From Phycisphaerae bacterium (GTDB taxonomy: Bacteria; Planctomycetota; Phycisphaerae; UBA1845; Fen-1342), in the NCBI GenBank assembly GCA_963675745.2, contig CAXXWX010000026.1:576001-640000 (forward strand): 64,000 nucleotides of DNA. The letters run 5' to 3'. The notes under the pieces are model-generated. The model made no database searches and was not told the origin of the DNA. It saw only the letters and a list, made by a program, of their open reading frames with translations. Within the stretch, counting starts at the first letter, position 1; every line of letters starts with the position of its first letter. Positions 18,543 to 28,667 of this stretch are shown here, one piece after another. Position numbers and translations under genes: made by a program.

Positions 18543-21500
18543 ATGTCTCGCGCGCAATCCGTTCGAACGTTGGTTACCTGCTTCGCCGGCTCGCTTATCG
18601 CGGTACTCGCCGTCCCGGCTCCCGCGATCGCCGACCCACCGACGCTGCAGATCTCACTGGGCGTCCGGGAGACTCACACGGGCTCGCCAGTCGGCAGTTT
18701 CGAGTGCTACATGGGCCAGATCGAGTGGTTCGACCTGGACGGCCAGGAGCTGACGGTAGACGGGACGTGGCAGTTCTTCAGCTTCGACCTGGGTAGTGTC
18801 GCGATCACGCCGTGGCCCGGGCCCTCCGGCGGAGGTGACGGCGTCATCTCCGCGTATCAGGGGATCATCGATCACATCCGTTTCAGGAGCACGGGGGCCG
18901 CCGGGCCGTTCACGGTGTGGATCGACGAAGTCCGCGACCTGTACAGTCCCCCGCCCGTGGATTTCCTGATCAGCAGCTTCAACCTTAACGGCACCACGGG
19001 CTACCCCTTCCCGGATGGTGCCCAAGTCATGTTCCGGGAGCCGAGCTTTTCCGACACCACCAACGAGTATATCGCCCCGGGCAGTACCTCGGGAATCGAC
19101 AACACCGTCGGCCACGATGACACACACTCGGTCAAGATTGACTGGGCCTTCGTGGACGCCGATCCCAACAATTGGCTGTGTCTGATGACCTGGCAAGCCA
19201 TCTGGCAGCGCTGCCCGGTGATCGCTGAGCCGTACGGACCGGGCGGATGGTATGACAGCAGCACGATCAGCTTCTGGCTCAAGTGCAGCATGGACTGCAA
19301 CGGAAACGGCATTCCCGACGATCAGGATATTGCCGGCGGCACCAGCGAAGACTGCAACGGCAACGGCGTGCCGGATGAGTGTGATCTCGCCGACGGCGCC
19401 AGCGAGGACTGCAACGGCAACGGCGTGCCGGACGAATGCGATATTGCCGGCGGCGGCAGCGAAGACTGCAATGGGAACGGCGTGCCAGACGAATGCGAGC
19501 CGGACTGCAACGGGAACGGCGTGCCGGATGACTGCGACATCGCCGCCGGCACCAGCGCCGACTGCCAGCCGAACGGCATCCCCGACGAGTGCGACATTGC
19601 CGGCGGCGCCAGCGAAGACGGCAACGGCAACGGTATGCCCGACGAGTGCGAGATCACCTTCGGTGTCATCACTGAAATGATCGATGCCACCGGCGACGGC
19701 ACGCCGGACCATGGCCTGGAATACCCCACAGCCATCGCCGTCGACGGCGCGCGCAACATGTACGTGGCGGGGCGGACCAGCAACAACGCGTTCAAGATCA
19801 CGCCTGCCGGCGTCATCACGCAGATCATCGACGTTACCGGGGATGGCGCAGGCAATGGGTTTTATAGTCCCTACAGCATCGCCGCGGACGACGACGGCAA
19901 CGTATACGTGGCGGGAACCGGCAGCCACAACGCATTCAAGATCACGCCTGTCGGGGTCATCACCGAGATCATCGACGCCACCGGTGATGGCGCGGGCCAC
20001 GCCCTTAACGCTCCTTACGGCATCGCCGTGGACGGTGCGGGCAACGCATACGTCACGGGGTACCAAAGTAACAACGCCTTCAAAATCACGCCCGGTGGGG
20101 CCATCACGCAAATTATCGACCAATTCCCGGGCGGCGGCCATCTCAGTTATCCCTACGCCATCGCCGTGGACGACGCGGGCAACGTGTACGTGACGGGGGA
20201 CAACAGCCACAACGCGTTCAGAATCACGCCCGGCGGCGTGATTACGCAGCTCATCAACATCTCGGGCGACTACGCGGGCCATGGGCTTCTCATGCCGCGC
20301 GGTATCGCCGCGGACAACGCGGGCAACGCGTACGTCACGGGATACGGCAGCAACAACGCGTTCATGATCACACCCGGCGGGACCATCACGCAGATCATCG
20401 ACCGTGACGGCGACGGCGCGGGCCATTGGTGTCAATCGCCGAGCAGCATCACCGTGGACGATTATGGCCATGTGTACGTCGCGGGATCCCACTCCAACAA
20501 CGCGTTCATGATCACACCCGGCGGGGTCATCACGCAGATCATCGACTGGGACGGCGATGGCGCGGGCCACACGCTTTCGTTATCCCACGATATCGCCGTG
20601 GACGATGCGGGCTGCGCGTACGTGCCCGGATTCGGCAGCCACAACGCGTTCAGGATTACGCCGCCGGACTGCAACGGCAACGGCGTTGCTGACCACCACG
20701 ATATAGCCGCCGGCACCAGCGAAGACTGCAACGCCAACGGTGTGCCCGACGATTGCGAGACCGACTGCAACGGGAACGGCATCCCCGATGACTGCGACAT
20801 CGCCAGCGGCACCAGTGAGGACTGCACGGGCAACGGTATCCCCGATGAGTGCGAGCCCGACTGCAACGCCAACGGGATCGCGGATAGTTGCGACATCGAC
20901 GCCGGCACCAGTGAGGACTGCAACGGCAACGGCGTGCCGGACGAGTGCGACATCTCTGGCGGCACCAGTGAAGATTGCAACGGAAATGGGGTCCCGGACG
21001 AGTGTGACATCAGCGGCGGTGCCAGCGCCGACTGCAACGGGAACAGCGTTCCCGATGAGTGTGATATCGCTGGCGGGGCCAGTGAAGACTGCACGGGCAA
21101 CGGCATTCCCGATGAGTGCGAGCCGGACTGCAACACGAATGGGATCGCCGACAGTTGCGACATCGCCGCCGGCACCAGTGAAGACTGCAACGGGAACGGC
21201 GTGCCGGACGAGTGTGACGTCATCCCCGGCGTCACCGCCGAGATCATCGACTATACCGGTAACGTAACGGGCCACCGGCTCTACAATCCTGGCCACATTG
21301 CCGTTGACGATGCCGGCAACGTGTACGTGACGGGATACTTTAGCGACAACGCGTTCAAGATCACGCCCTGGGGGGCCATCACACAGATCATCGACTCCAC
21401 CGGCGACGGAGTAAATGGGCTTGTTGGCCCCGATGGCATCGCTGTGGATGGTGAGGGCAATGTATATGTAACCGGATACCTTAGTCAAAACGCGTTCAAG

Positions 21501-23468
21501 ATCACGCCTGGCGGGGTCGTCACACAGATCATCGACTCCACCGGCGACGGCGCTGGCAGCGAACTTAGTTATCCTCGCGGCATCGCCGTGGACGGTGCGG
21601 GCAACGTGTACGTGGTTGGGTACAACAGCCAAAACGCGTTCAAGGTCACGCCCGGCGGGGCCATCACGCAGATTATCGACTCTACTGGCGATGGCAGCGG
21701 CAATGTACTTGACGATCCATGGGCCATCGCCGTGGACGATGCGGGCAACGTGTACGTATCAGGACACTCCAGCGACAACGCCTTCAAGATCACGCCGGCC
21801 CGCGCCGTCACGCAGATCATCGATGCAACTGGCGACGGAACCGGCAATGTGCTCGACAGTGCGCGCGGCATCGCCGTGGACGACGCGGGCAACGTGTACG
21901 TAACAGGACACTACAGCGACAACGCCTTCAAGATCACGCCCGGCGGGACCGTTACGCAGATCATCGACGACACCGGGAATAGCCTTGATGGCCCTTCCGA
22001 CATCGCTGTGGACGGCGCTGGCAATGCGTATGTAACGGGAAGCGATAGCGACAACGCGTTTAAGATCACGCCCGGTGGGGTCATCACACAGATCATCGAC
22101 CAGACCGGCGACGGCGCGGGCCACACGCTTTCGGGATCTCGGGGCGTCGCCGTGGACGGTGCGGGCAACGTGTACGTGTTGGGATTCTACAGCCGCAACG
22201 CGTTCGAGATTGCGCCCAACGGCGTCATCACGCAGATCATTGACTATCACGGCGACGGCGACGGCGAACTGCTAGGTTATCCGTGGGGCATTGCCGCTGA
22301 CGATGCGGGCAACGTGTACGTGACGGGAGCCGGCACCGACAACGCGTTCAAGATCACGCCCTGGGGGTACATCACCGAGATCATCGACGCCTCCGGCGAC
22401 GGCGCAGGCCACCCCCTTGACCGTCCGCGCTGCATCGCCGTGGACGGTGCGGGCAACGTGTACGTGGTTGGGGGCTACAGCGACAATGCGTTCAAGATCA
22501 CGCCCGGCGGGGCCATCACGCAGATTATCGACTCCACCGGGGACGGCGCGGGCAATAGCTTCGATACTCCCTTCGATATTGCCGTTGACGATGCGGCCAA
22601 CGTGTATGTGACGGGATACGCCAGTGATAACGTGTTCGAGATCACGCCCTCCGGCACCATCACGCAGATCATCGACGCCTCGGGTGACGGCGCAGGCAAC
22701 ATCCTTGATGAGCCGATCGGTGTCGCCGTGGACGATCTGGGTAACGTGTACGTGACGGGAAACGAGAGCGACAATGCGTTCAGGATCACACCCGGCGGGA
22801 TCGTCACGCAGATCATCGACAGTGACGGGGATGGCATGGGTAACGTGCTGGACGGTGCGCGCGCCGTTGCGGTGGACGGTGTGGGTAACGTGTTCGTGAC
22901 GGGACAATCAAGCTGCAACATGTTCAGGATCGCGCCCGGCGGCGGCATCACGCAGATCATCGATTCGACTGGTGGCGGCACGGGCAACGGCCTTGCTTAT
23001 CCTACCGGCATCGCCGTCGATGGTACGGGAAACGTATATGTCACGGGTGCCGACAGCGACAACGCGTTCAAGGTCACGCCCGGCGGCTTCATCATCGCCC
23101 AGATCATCGACGCGACCGGCGACGGTGCTGGCAATGGACTTGATAACCCTCTCGGCGTTGCGGTGGATGGCGCGGGTAACGTGTACGTGGCCGGATACGA
23201 AAGCGGGAACGCGTTCAAGATTGCGCCGGTGGTGGATGGCGACGGTAACGGCGTTCCCGACGAGTGCGAGATGATATTCGGTGATCTGAACTGCGACGGC
23301 TGGGTCAACAACGGCGACATCGACGCGTTTGTGCTCGCAGTCAGCGACACAGCGCAATACTACGTGCTATATCCAGACTGCGAGCACATGCTTGCCGACT
23401 GCAATGGCGACGGCTGGGCCAACAACGGCGACATCGACCCCTTCGTCGCCCTGCTGATGGGAAGCTAG
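18543..23468 (+). CDS. Large secreted modular protein: N-domain, DCNGNG repeats, 21 SBBP/NHL-like propeller blades, dockerin-like tail
   Basis: GAAGGAGG SD before ATG 18543; signal peptide; repeats GIAVDGAGNVYVTG..S.NAFKITP; C-terminal GDLNCDG..NNGDID duplicated. Confidence 0.88.
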   Translation: MSRAQSVRTLVTCFAGSLIAVLAVPAPAIADPPTLQISLGVRETHTGSPVGSFECYMGQIEWFDLDGQELTVDGTWQFFSFDLGSVAITPWPGPSGGGDGVISAYQGIIDHIRFRSTGAAGPFTVWIDEVRDLYSPPPVDFLISSFNLNGTTGYPFPDGAQVMFREPSFSDTTNEYIAPGSTSGIDNTVGHDDTHSVKIDWAFVDADPNNWLCLMTWQAIWQRCPVIAEPYGPGGWYDSSTISFWLKCSMDCNGNGIPDDQDIAGGTSEDCNGNGVPDECDLADGASEDCNGNGVPDECDIAGGGSEDCNGNGVPDECEPDCNGNGVPDDCDIAAGTSADCQPNGIPDECDIAGGASEDGNGNGMPDECEITFGVITEMIDATGDGTPDHGLEYPTAIAVDGARNMYVAGRTSNNAFKITPAGVITQIIDVTGDGAGNGFYSPYSIAADDDGNVYVAGTGSHNAFKITPVGVITEIIDATGDGAGHALNAPYGIAVDGAGNAYVTGYQSNNAFKITPGGAITQIIDQFPGGGHLSYPYAIAVDDAGNVYVTGDNSHNAFRITPGGVITQLINISGDYAGHGLLMPRGIAADNAGNAYVTGYGSNNAFMITPGGTITQIIDRDGDGAGHWCQSPSSITVDDYGHVYVAGSHSNNAFMITPGGVITQIIDWDGDGAGHTLSLSHDIAVDDAGCAYVPGFGSHNAFRITPPDCNGNGVADHHDIAAGTSEDCNANGVPDDCETDCNGNGIPDDCDIASGTSEDCTGNGIPDECEPDCNANGIADSCDIDAGTSEDCNGNGVPDECDISGGTSEDCNGNGVPDECDISGGASADCNGNSVPDECDIAGGASEDCTGNGIPDECEPDCNTNGIADSCDIAAGTSEDCNGNGVPDECDVIPGVTAEIIDYTGNVTGHRLYNPGHIAVDDAGNVYVTGYFSDNAFKITPWGAITQIIDSTGDGVNGLVGPDGIAVDGEGNVYVTGYLSQNAFKITPGGVVTQIIDSTGDGAGSELSYPRGIAVDGAGNVYVVGYNSQNAFKVTPGGAITQIIDSTGDGSGNVLDDPWAIAVDDAGNVYVSGHSSDNAFKITPARAVTQIIDATGDGTGNVLDSARGIAVDDAGNVYVTGHYSDNAFKITPGGTVTQIIDDTGNSLDGPSDIAVDGAGNAYVTGSDSDNAFKITPGGVITQIIDQTGDGAGHTLSGSRGVAVDGAGNVYVLGFYSRNAFEIAPNGVITQIIDYHGDGDGELLGYPWGIAADDAGNVYVTGAGTDNAFKITPWGYITEIIDASGDGAGHPLDRPRCIAVDGAGNVYVVGGYSDNAFKITPGGAITQIIDSTGDGAGNSFDTPFDIAVDDAANVYVTGYASDNVFEITPSGTITQIIDASGDGAGNILDEPIGVAVDDLGNVYVTGNESDNAFRITPGGIVTQIIDSDGDGMGNVLDGARAVAVDGVGNVFVTGQSSCNMFRIAPGGGITQIIDSTGGGTGNGLAYPTGIAVDGTGNVYVTGADSDNAFKVTPGGFIIAQIIDATGDGAGNGLDNPLGVAVDGAGNVYVAGYESGNAFKIAPVVDGDGNGVPDECEMIFGDLNCDGWVNNGDIDAFVLAVSDTAQYYVLYPDCEHMLADCNGDGWANNGDIDPFVALLMGS
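19293..19652 (+). repeat. 7 DCNGNG(V/I)PDEC repeats (57/39-bp units)
   Basis: Counted in the translation; 19-aa and 13-aa unit types. Confidence 0.9.
19662..20666 (+). repeat. 7 tandem repeats of about 144 bp (beta-propeller blades)
   Basis: Recurrent acgcagatcatcgac...atcgccgtggac...aacgcgttcaagatcacgcc. Confidence 0.9.
20667..21218 (+). repeat. 11 DCNGNG repeats
   Basis: Counted in the translation. Confidence 0.9.
21228..23228 (+). repeat. 14 tandem repeats of about 144 bp (two 7-bladed propellers)
   Basis: Counted in the translation; same consensus as the first block. Confidence 0.9.
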
Positions 23469-23666
23469 GTTAATGACTGATTGGGCACGACGGGCATCGG
23501 CACGTGTCAATGACGGGGTGACGGCGGTATGCCGCGGCGCAAGCCGCGCCAAAACGTGCTTGCTGGCTACCAAACACACGCACGGAGACTGATGTAATCG
23601 CATGTACACACCAACGTGACAACGAACGAGTCCGTTCGTGGCCGCTCGCTGAAGGAGGAACATGCC

Positions 23667-26243
23667 ATGTCTCACACTAAGCCCTTTCGAACCTCGGTTA
23701 CCTGCCTCGCCGGCTCGCTCATCGCGCTATTCGTCACCCCAGCCCCCGCGCCGGCCGCCCCGCCAAGCCTGTACATCGCACTGGGCATCCGCGAGACCGA
23801 CCAGGCAGGGAATATCGGCGATTTCACGACCTGCCAAACCGGCCCGATCGAGGTGTTCGCTGACGGCTATCCGCAATTGACGTTGGACGGAACGTGGCAG
23901 TTTTTCAGCTTTGACCTGGGCGACGGACCAACCTTTCCGTTCCCGTACAGTGGCGATGGCGAGATCTCTGCCGATCGCGGAACCCTCGAACACATTCACA
24001 TCGTCAGCAACGGGTTCGGCGGGCCATTCACGGTGTGGATCGACGAAGTCAGCGACGTGTACGATCCCGCCGGGCCTGACCCAAACGTGGCCCTGCTGAT
24101 CAGCAGCTTCGACGATGACGGCACGGGCAATCCGTTCCCGGACGGCGCCGAGGTCATGTTTCAAGAGCCGCACTATTCCGGCACTACTGACCAATACATC
24201 GCCCCGGGCGACACGCGTGGAATCGACAACAGCGTGGGCCACGATGACACCCACTCGGTCAGGATCCACTGGGCCTTCCTGGAGGACGATTACACGAGTT
24301 GGCTGCGTCTGACCACCTGGAACGCCCTCGCGCAGCCCTGCCCGTTGATCGCTGAGCCAAACGGACCGGCCGGAGTCTACGAGGTCAGCGTGATCAGCTT
24401 CTGGATCAAGGGCATCGTGGACTGCAACAACAACGGCATTCCCGACGATCAGGACATCGCCGGCGGCGGCAGCGATGACTGCAACGCCAACGGCGTCCCC
24501 GACGAGTGCGAGGCGATCATTGTGTACGTGGACGACGACGCAACGGGGCTGAATGACGGCAGCGGTTGGGCCGACGCCTACGTCGACCTACAGGATGCGC
24601 TGGACGAGACCCACGCCAATTGCCTGGTGTCCGAGATCTGGGTCGCCGCCGGCACGTACAAGCCCGACGGCGCGAGTCCCGGCGACCGTCTCCTCAGCTT
24701 CGAGTTGGTGGACGGTGTGGCGCTCTACGGCGGGTTCGCCGGCGACGAGACCGATCTCAGCCAACGCCCACTCGATCCCGATCCGTTCACCATCGACCCG
24801 GCCGTGGACTCCGTCCTCAGCGGCGAGATCGGAGATTCCGGCACTATATACGACAACAGCAACCACGTGGTGTACTGTGACAACTCCTCGGCCGGAATCC
24901 TAGACGGCTTCACCGTCACTGGGGGCTACGCCCCGGACGACGGCGGCGGGATGTTCATCGACTGGGCCTACGGCATGACGGTGACCAACTGCACGTTCAT
25001 GGCAAACTACTCGGAGTATACTGGTGGCGGGATGGTCATCGTCGGCGACGACACGACGGTGACCAACTGCACGTTCCGGGGGAACATCGCTGGCCTCTCA
25101 TTGGATCCCTACGTCGACGGCTACGGCGGCGGGATGAATATTGGCGGCTTAGGCACGACGGTGACCAATTGCACGTTCTGGGGCAACGAGGCTGGCCTCT
25201 TTACAGAGCACGCCTACGGCGGCGGGATGTCCTCCTGGGGCAACACGAAAGTGGCTAACTGCAAGTTCTTTGGCAACTCGGCTGGCAGCATGCCCGGTAT
25301 CTACGGCTACGGCGGTGCAATGTACATTGTGAGCTCGACGGAGGTAAATTGCTGCACGCTCAGCGCAAACTATGCGGGGGATGTTGGTGGCGGGATCTAC
25401 ATCGAGGGCGGCGCCCCAACGGTGGCCAATTGCATTCTCTGGTCCGACAACGCCCTAAATACGGCTGACGAGATTTGGGACAGCAGCGGCATGCTGGTGG
25501 TCAGCTACAGCAACGTCGATGGTGGCTGGCCGGGCGAGGGCGAGGGCAATATCGACCTCGATCCGATGTTTGCAGACGCGCCCTACGGGGACCTGCGCCT
25601 GCTCGCCGGCTCGCCGTGCATCGACGCCGGGAACAACTTGGCGTTGCCCGCCGATGTCGCCGACCTCGACAGCGATGGGGACACGGACGAGCCGATCCCC
25701 CTCGACCTTGCCGGGAACCCGCGCTTCATGGACGACCCGAACTCACCCGACTGTTGGCAGGCGCCGCTTACCTGCGGCCCCCCCCCCATCGCGGACATGG
25801 GTGCGTACGAGTTCTCTGGAGACTGCCAGCCTAACGGGGTACCCGACCTGCAGGATATCACGGACGGAACGAGCGAGGACTGCAACCATAACTGGGTCCC
25901 CGACGAGTGCGAGCCGGACGAGGACTGCAACGGCAACGGGACGCTGGATATCTGCGACATCGGCAACGGCACCAGCGAAGACTGTAACTTCAACTGGGTC
26001 CCGGACGAGTGCGAGCCGGACTTCGACGGCGACGGCCTTATCGACGACTGCGACGACGACATCGACGATGACGGCGTGCTCAACGACGACGACGTGTGCG
26101 ACTACACGCCGCCCGGCGCACCGATCGTGACCGACCCGCAAGACCCGCTCTACGGCACGCTGCGCCACGACAGCGACGGCGACTGCGATGTAGACCTGGA
26201 CGACTGGACCCTCATGCAACAGGAGTTCACTGGACCGAATTAG
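23667..26243 (+). CDS. Secreted modular protein: shared N-domain, right-handed beta-helix repeats, DCN repeats, EF-hand/half-dockerin tail
   Basis: Same leader as 18543; TVTNCTF..N.A....GGGM repeats; DLRLLAGSPCIDAG...DLAGNPR...DMGAYEF; ends DSDGDCDVDLDDW...FTGP. Confidence 0.88.
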   Translation: MSHTKPFRTSVTCLAGSLIALFVTPAPAPAAPPSLYIALGIRETDQAGNIGDFTTCQTGPIEVFADGYPQLTLDGTWQFFSFDLGDGPTFPFPYSGDGEISADRGTLEHIHIVSNGFGGPFTVWIDEVSDVYDPAGPDPNVALLISSFDDDGTGNPFPDGAEVMFQEPHYSGTTDQYIAPGDTRGIDNSVGHDDTHSVRIHWAFLEDDYTSWLRLTTWNALAQPCPLIAEPNGPAGVYEVSVISFWIKGIVDCNNNGIPDDQDIAGGGSDDCNANGVPDECEAIIVYVDDDATGLNDGSGWADAYVDLQDALDETHANCLVSEIWVAAGTYKPDGASPGDRLLSFELVDGVALYGGFAGDETDLSQRPLDPDPFTIDPAVDSVLSGEIGDSGTIYDNSNHVVYCDNSSAGILDGFTVTGGYAPDDGGGMFIDWAYGMTVTNCTFMANYSEYTGGGMVIVGDDTTVTNCTFRGNIAGLSLDPYVDGYGGGMNIGGLGTTVTNCTFWGNEAGLFTEHAYGGGMSSWGNTKVANCKFFGNSAGSMPGIYGYGGAMYIVSSTEVNCCTLSANYAGDVGGGIYIEGGAPTVANCILWSDNALNTADEIWDSSGMLVVSYSNVDGGWPGEGEGNIDLDPMFADAPYGDLRLLAGSPCIDAGNNLALPADVADLDSDGDTDEPIPLDLAGNPRFMDDPNSPDCWQAPLTCGPPPIADMGAYEFSGDCQPNGVPDLQDITDGTSEDCNHNWVPDECEPDEDCNGNGTLDICDIGNGTSEDCNFNWVPDECEPDFDGDGLIDDCDDDIDDDGVLNDDDVCDYTPPGAPIVTDPQDPLYGTLRHDSDGDCDVDLDDWTLMQQEFTGPN

Positions 26244-26476
26244 AGGCGCAGGTCATACGTAACGCTGCGGCGACTCGCGCGACCTTATGCCAATAAACAA
26301 CTTACGCGTTTTGTCGCGCCGACAATGCTCTCCTGCTGTTAACTCATCCTGAGCTGATGGGCACTGTCCCGTGGTTGACTCATTGGGCTTCTAGTTTGCC
26401 GAGCGCCGGCGCGTTGGCTTTGATCGTCGCCGACTACGCCGTTGTTTGGCTGTCAGAAGTGGATTCCACCGCGGGG

Positions 26477-27442
26477 CTATGGACCGGCAGTCCCGCCGCC
26501 CCCATCCTCCCGCATGCCCTGCAGGATCAAAAGGTTCTTCCTGGCTCCCTCGTTGTCCGGCATGATCTTCAGCACCTGGTGCAGGTGTTTCGCGGCCTCG
26601 TCGGTCTTGCCGAGCTGGGTGTAAGTGAAAGCCAGGCGATTGTGGGTCTCCGCGACCTCAATGTCGGCCTCCTGCATGTGCCGAATGGTCTGCAAGTCAT
26701 AGCGCGCGAGTTGGTCGGGGCCGGCGTCACGCGCGAGGAGCTTGTCGATTGCGGCCGCGCGCTGTTCATCGTCGGCGTAGGTCTCGCGGGCATTCTGTAA
26801 CATGGATCGGTAAGGCAATGTCACGTCGAGCTGGCTGGCCAGGGCTTTCGAAAAGGTCGCCCGGGCCTCTTCGAATCGACTGGCGCCAAGATAGAGAGAT
26901 GCCAGCCTGATATACAGTTGCCGCGGATCGACACCGACCCCGGTCACCTGTTCGTAGTACGCAATGGCTTCCGAGGTGTCGCCCTGCTTGGCCGACAAGA
27001 CCCCGAGACTGTAGCAGGCAAACGCCCTGTCCCGCTGACTGATTTCTCCCCGCAGCACGTCCCGCAAGATCGCCATCGCCTCGTCGACGTTGCCCATCTC
27101 GCGCCAAGCCGTGGCCAGATTAAGCCGCACGTCGACCCGGTCCGGGGCCACCTTCAGAGCCCCCAAGTACTGGCCGGCGGCCATCGCATAATTGCCCCGC
27201 CGGAGAAAGTCATCACCATAGCTCTTGAGTGTGGCGGCCTCCACGCGCCTTCCTGAGCGCGACAAGTCCTGCAACCAGGCGGGCTGAAGATAGGTCAGGC
27301 CGCCAAAGACCATGAGCACCAGCCACAGCGCGAACAAACCGAGGGTGATGATCGTCTGCCAGCGCGATGGCGCCGGTCGCGGCGGTCGGCTGATCCGACG
27401 TGGCCGCTGTTTAGCAGGTGCTGTGAAGGACAAAAAGAACAT
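26477..27442 (-). CDS. Membrane-anchored TPR protein
   Basis: One TM helix followed by TPR motifs (YLGALKVAPD...LNLA; YSLGVL..KQG..EAIAYY; LAFTY..LG..EA). Start uncertain. Confidence 0.8.
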   Translation of the reverse strand: MFFLSFTAPAKQRPRRISRPPRPAPSRWQTIITLGLFALWLVLMVFGGLTYLQPAWLQDLSRSGRRVEAATLKSYGDDFLRRGNYAMAAGQYLGALKVAPDRVDVRLNLATAWREMGNVDEAMAILRDVLRGEISQRDRAFACYSLGVLSAKQGDTSEAIAYYEQVTGVGVDPRQLYIRLASLYLGASRFEEARATFSKALASQLDVTLPYRSMLQNARETYADDEQRAAAIDKLLARDAGPDQLARYDLQTIRHMQEADIEVAETHNRLAFTYTQLGKTDEAAKHLHQVLKIMPDNEGARKNLLILQGMREDGGGGTAGP

Positions 27443-28667
27443 TCCTCCCCTCGCGTTTGAGCCGGTTGAAGACCTGGCAGGCCTCTGAGTTTGGGAGGAT
27501 GATCACCTGGGTTCCGTCGTTGATGAAGGGGTTGAAGATGAACTGGCTGATCGCGTCTTCCGGGAAGCCGCGCCCGCCGCGACCGTGTACGCCGCTGCCG
27601 ATGAGAATGATGTCTGTCTTCTGCTCCAGGAGGAACCTCCTGTCGCGCGGAGAGAACGAGTGTTTCTTTGGCACGGGGCGGAACGTGCCGTCCGGGAAGA
27701 TCATCACATCGAAGAGGGGTATGGGAATCCCCTTGTAGACTACGAGTCCGGAAGTATTGCACACGATGCCGTCCGCGTGGTGCTTGATCAGGCTAAAGGT
27801 CTGCGCACTGAGGGCCAGCAGCAGAATCGCAGCCATGCTGTACGAGACCCACCGGCGCTGGCTCAGGTGAAAAAGCAGAAAAAACACGATGAACCCGGCC
27901 ACTGTGAGCAAGACCACCAGCAGGCAATGGGCCATCTCAGTCAGCAGCGACGCCAGGCACAGAAAAAGGAACGCGAGAACCGTCAGGAGGATGATGGTGC
28001 TGGCCGGGTTCTCCAAATAGCCGCGCAGCGCCTTATGGCGCAGTCGGCTCCAGTCTGCCCGCAAAGCGGCCGGTGAGCTGCCGCCGACGTAGACGAGGAC
28101 AATCCCCATGATCGTGCCCCAGACGTCCTTCGCGATATCGCCCATTTCGAAGGCCCGGCCACTCAAGCCCAATTGAAAGGACTCGTCGAAGGCAGAGAAG
28201 GAGGTCGCCAGAAGAAAGGTGACAAGCATGATCCGGCTCATGCCGACACCCCGCGGAGCCAGATCGCGGTAGACCATTATGGCGAACGTGAGGTAGGCCA
28301 GATAATGCCAGTTCTGCTGAAGATCGTAAAACCCATGGCCAAAGTAGTAGTCGGCGATCTGCTGGGCCAGCGCATCCAGGAGCAGCACGAGCACCCCGGC
28401 GAGCAAGCGGATGCGTGTCAGATAGGCACGAAAATAGATCAGCCCGGCGATCAGCACGCCAGCGGCGAGCACCGGGACGACCGGTACTTCGATGCCGGCG
28501 AGTTCCACGTCGGCGCGCGACAGTCGTGCGATCGCCGGTTGGAGGAAATTCCGCAGCAGGAGGAATGGCGTCGCCACCAGCAGCATGCTGTACATGACGA
28601 GATGCAGGCGCGGCGAGTGTATCCAAGGTGTTTGCGCTGACGACTCCTGGGCGCGTCGGGCAGACAT
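27411..28667 (-). CDS. Multi-pass membrane protein, VanZ-like plus C-terminal Mth938/AAMDC-like domain
   Basis: HYLAY...FSAFDESFQ....GRAFEMGDIAKD (VanZ-like); DIILIGSG...EACQVFN...VLHSTC (Mth938-like). Confidence 0.75.
   Translation of the reverse strand: MSARRAQESSAQTPWIHSPRLHLVMYSMLLVATPFLLLRNFLQPAIARLSRADVELAGIEVPVVPVLAAGVLIAGLIYFRAYLTRIRLLAGVLVLLLDALAQQIADYYFGHGFYDLQQNWHYLAYLTFAIMVYRDLAPRGVGMSRIMLVTFLLATSFSAFDESFQLGLSGRAFEMGDIAKDVWGTIMGIVLVYVGGSSPAALRADWSRLRHKALRGYLENPASTIILLTVLAFLFLCLASLLTEMAHCLLVVLLTVAGFIVFFLLFHLSQRRWVSYSMAAILLLALSAQTFSLIKHHADGIVCNTSGLVVYKGIPIPLFDVMIFPDGTFRPVPKKHSFSPRDRRFLLEQKTDIILIGSGVHGRGGRGFPEDAISQFIFNPFINDGTQVIILPNSEACQVFNRLKREGRNVLFVLHSTC

Noticed and set aside
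19293..23228. Regularly spaced DNA repeats as a CRISPR array
   Set aside because: The repeats are in-frame, degenerate at third positions and encode protein repeats; there are no cas genes.
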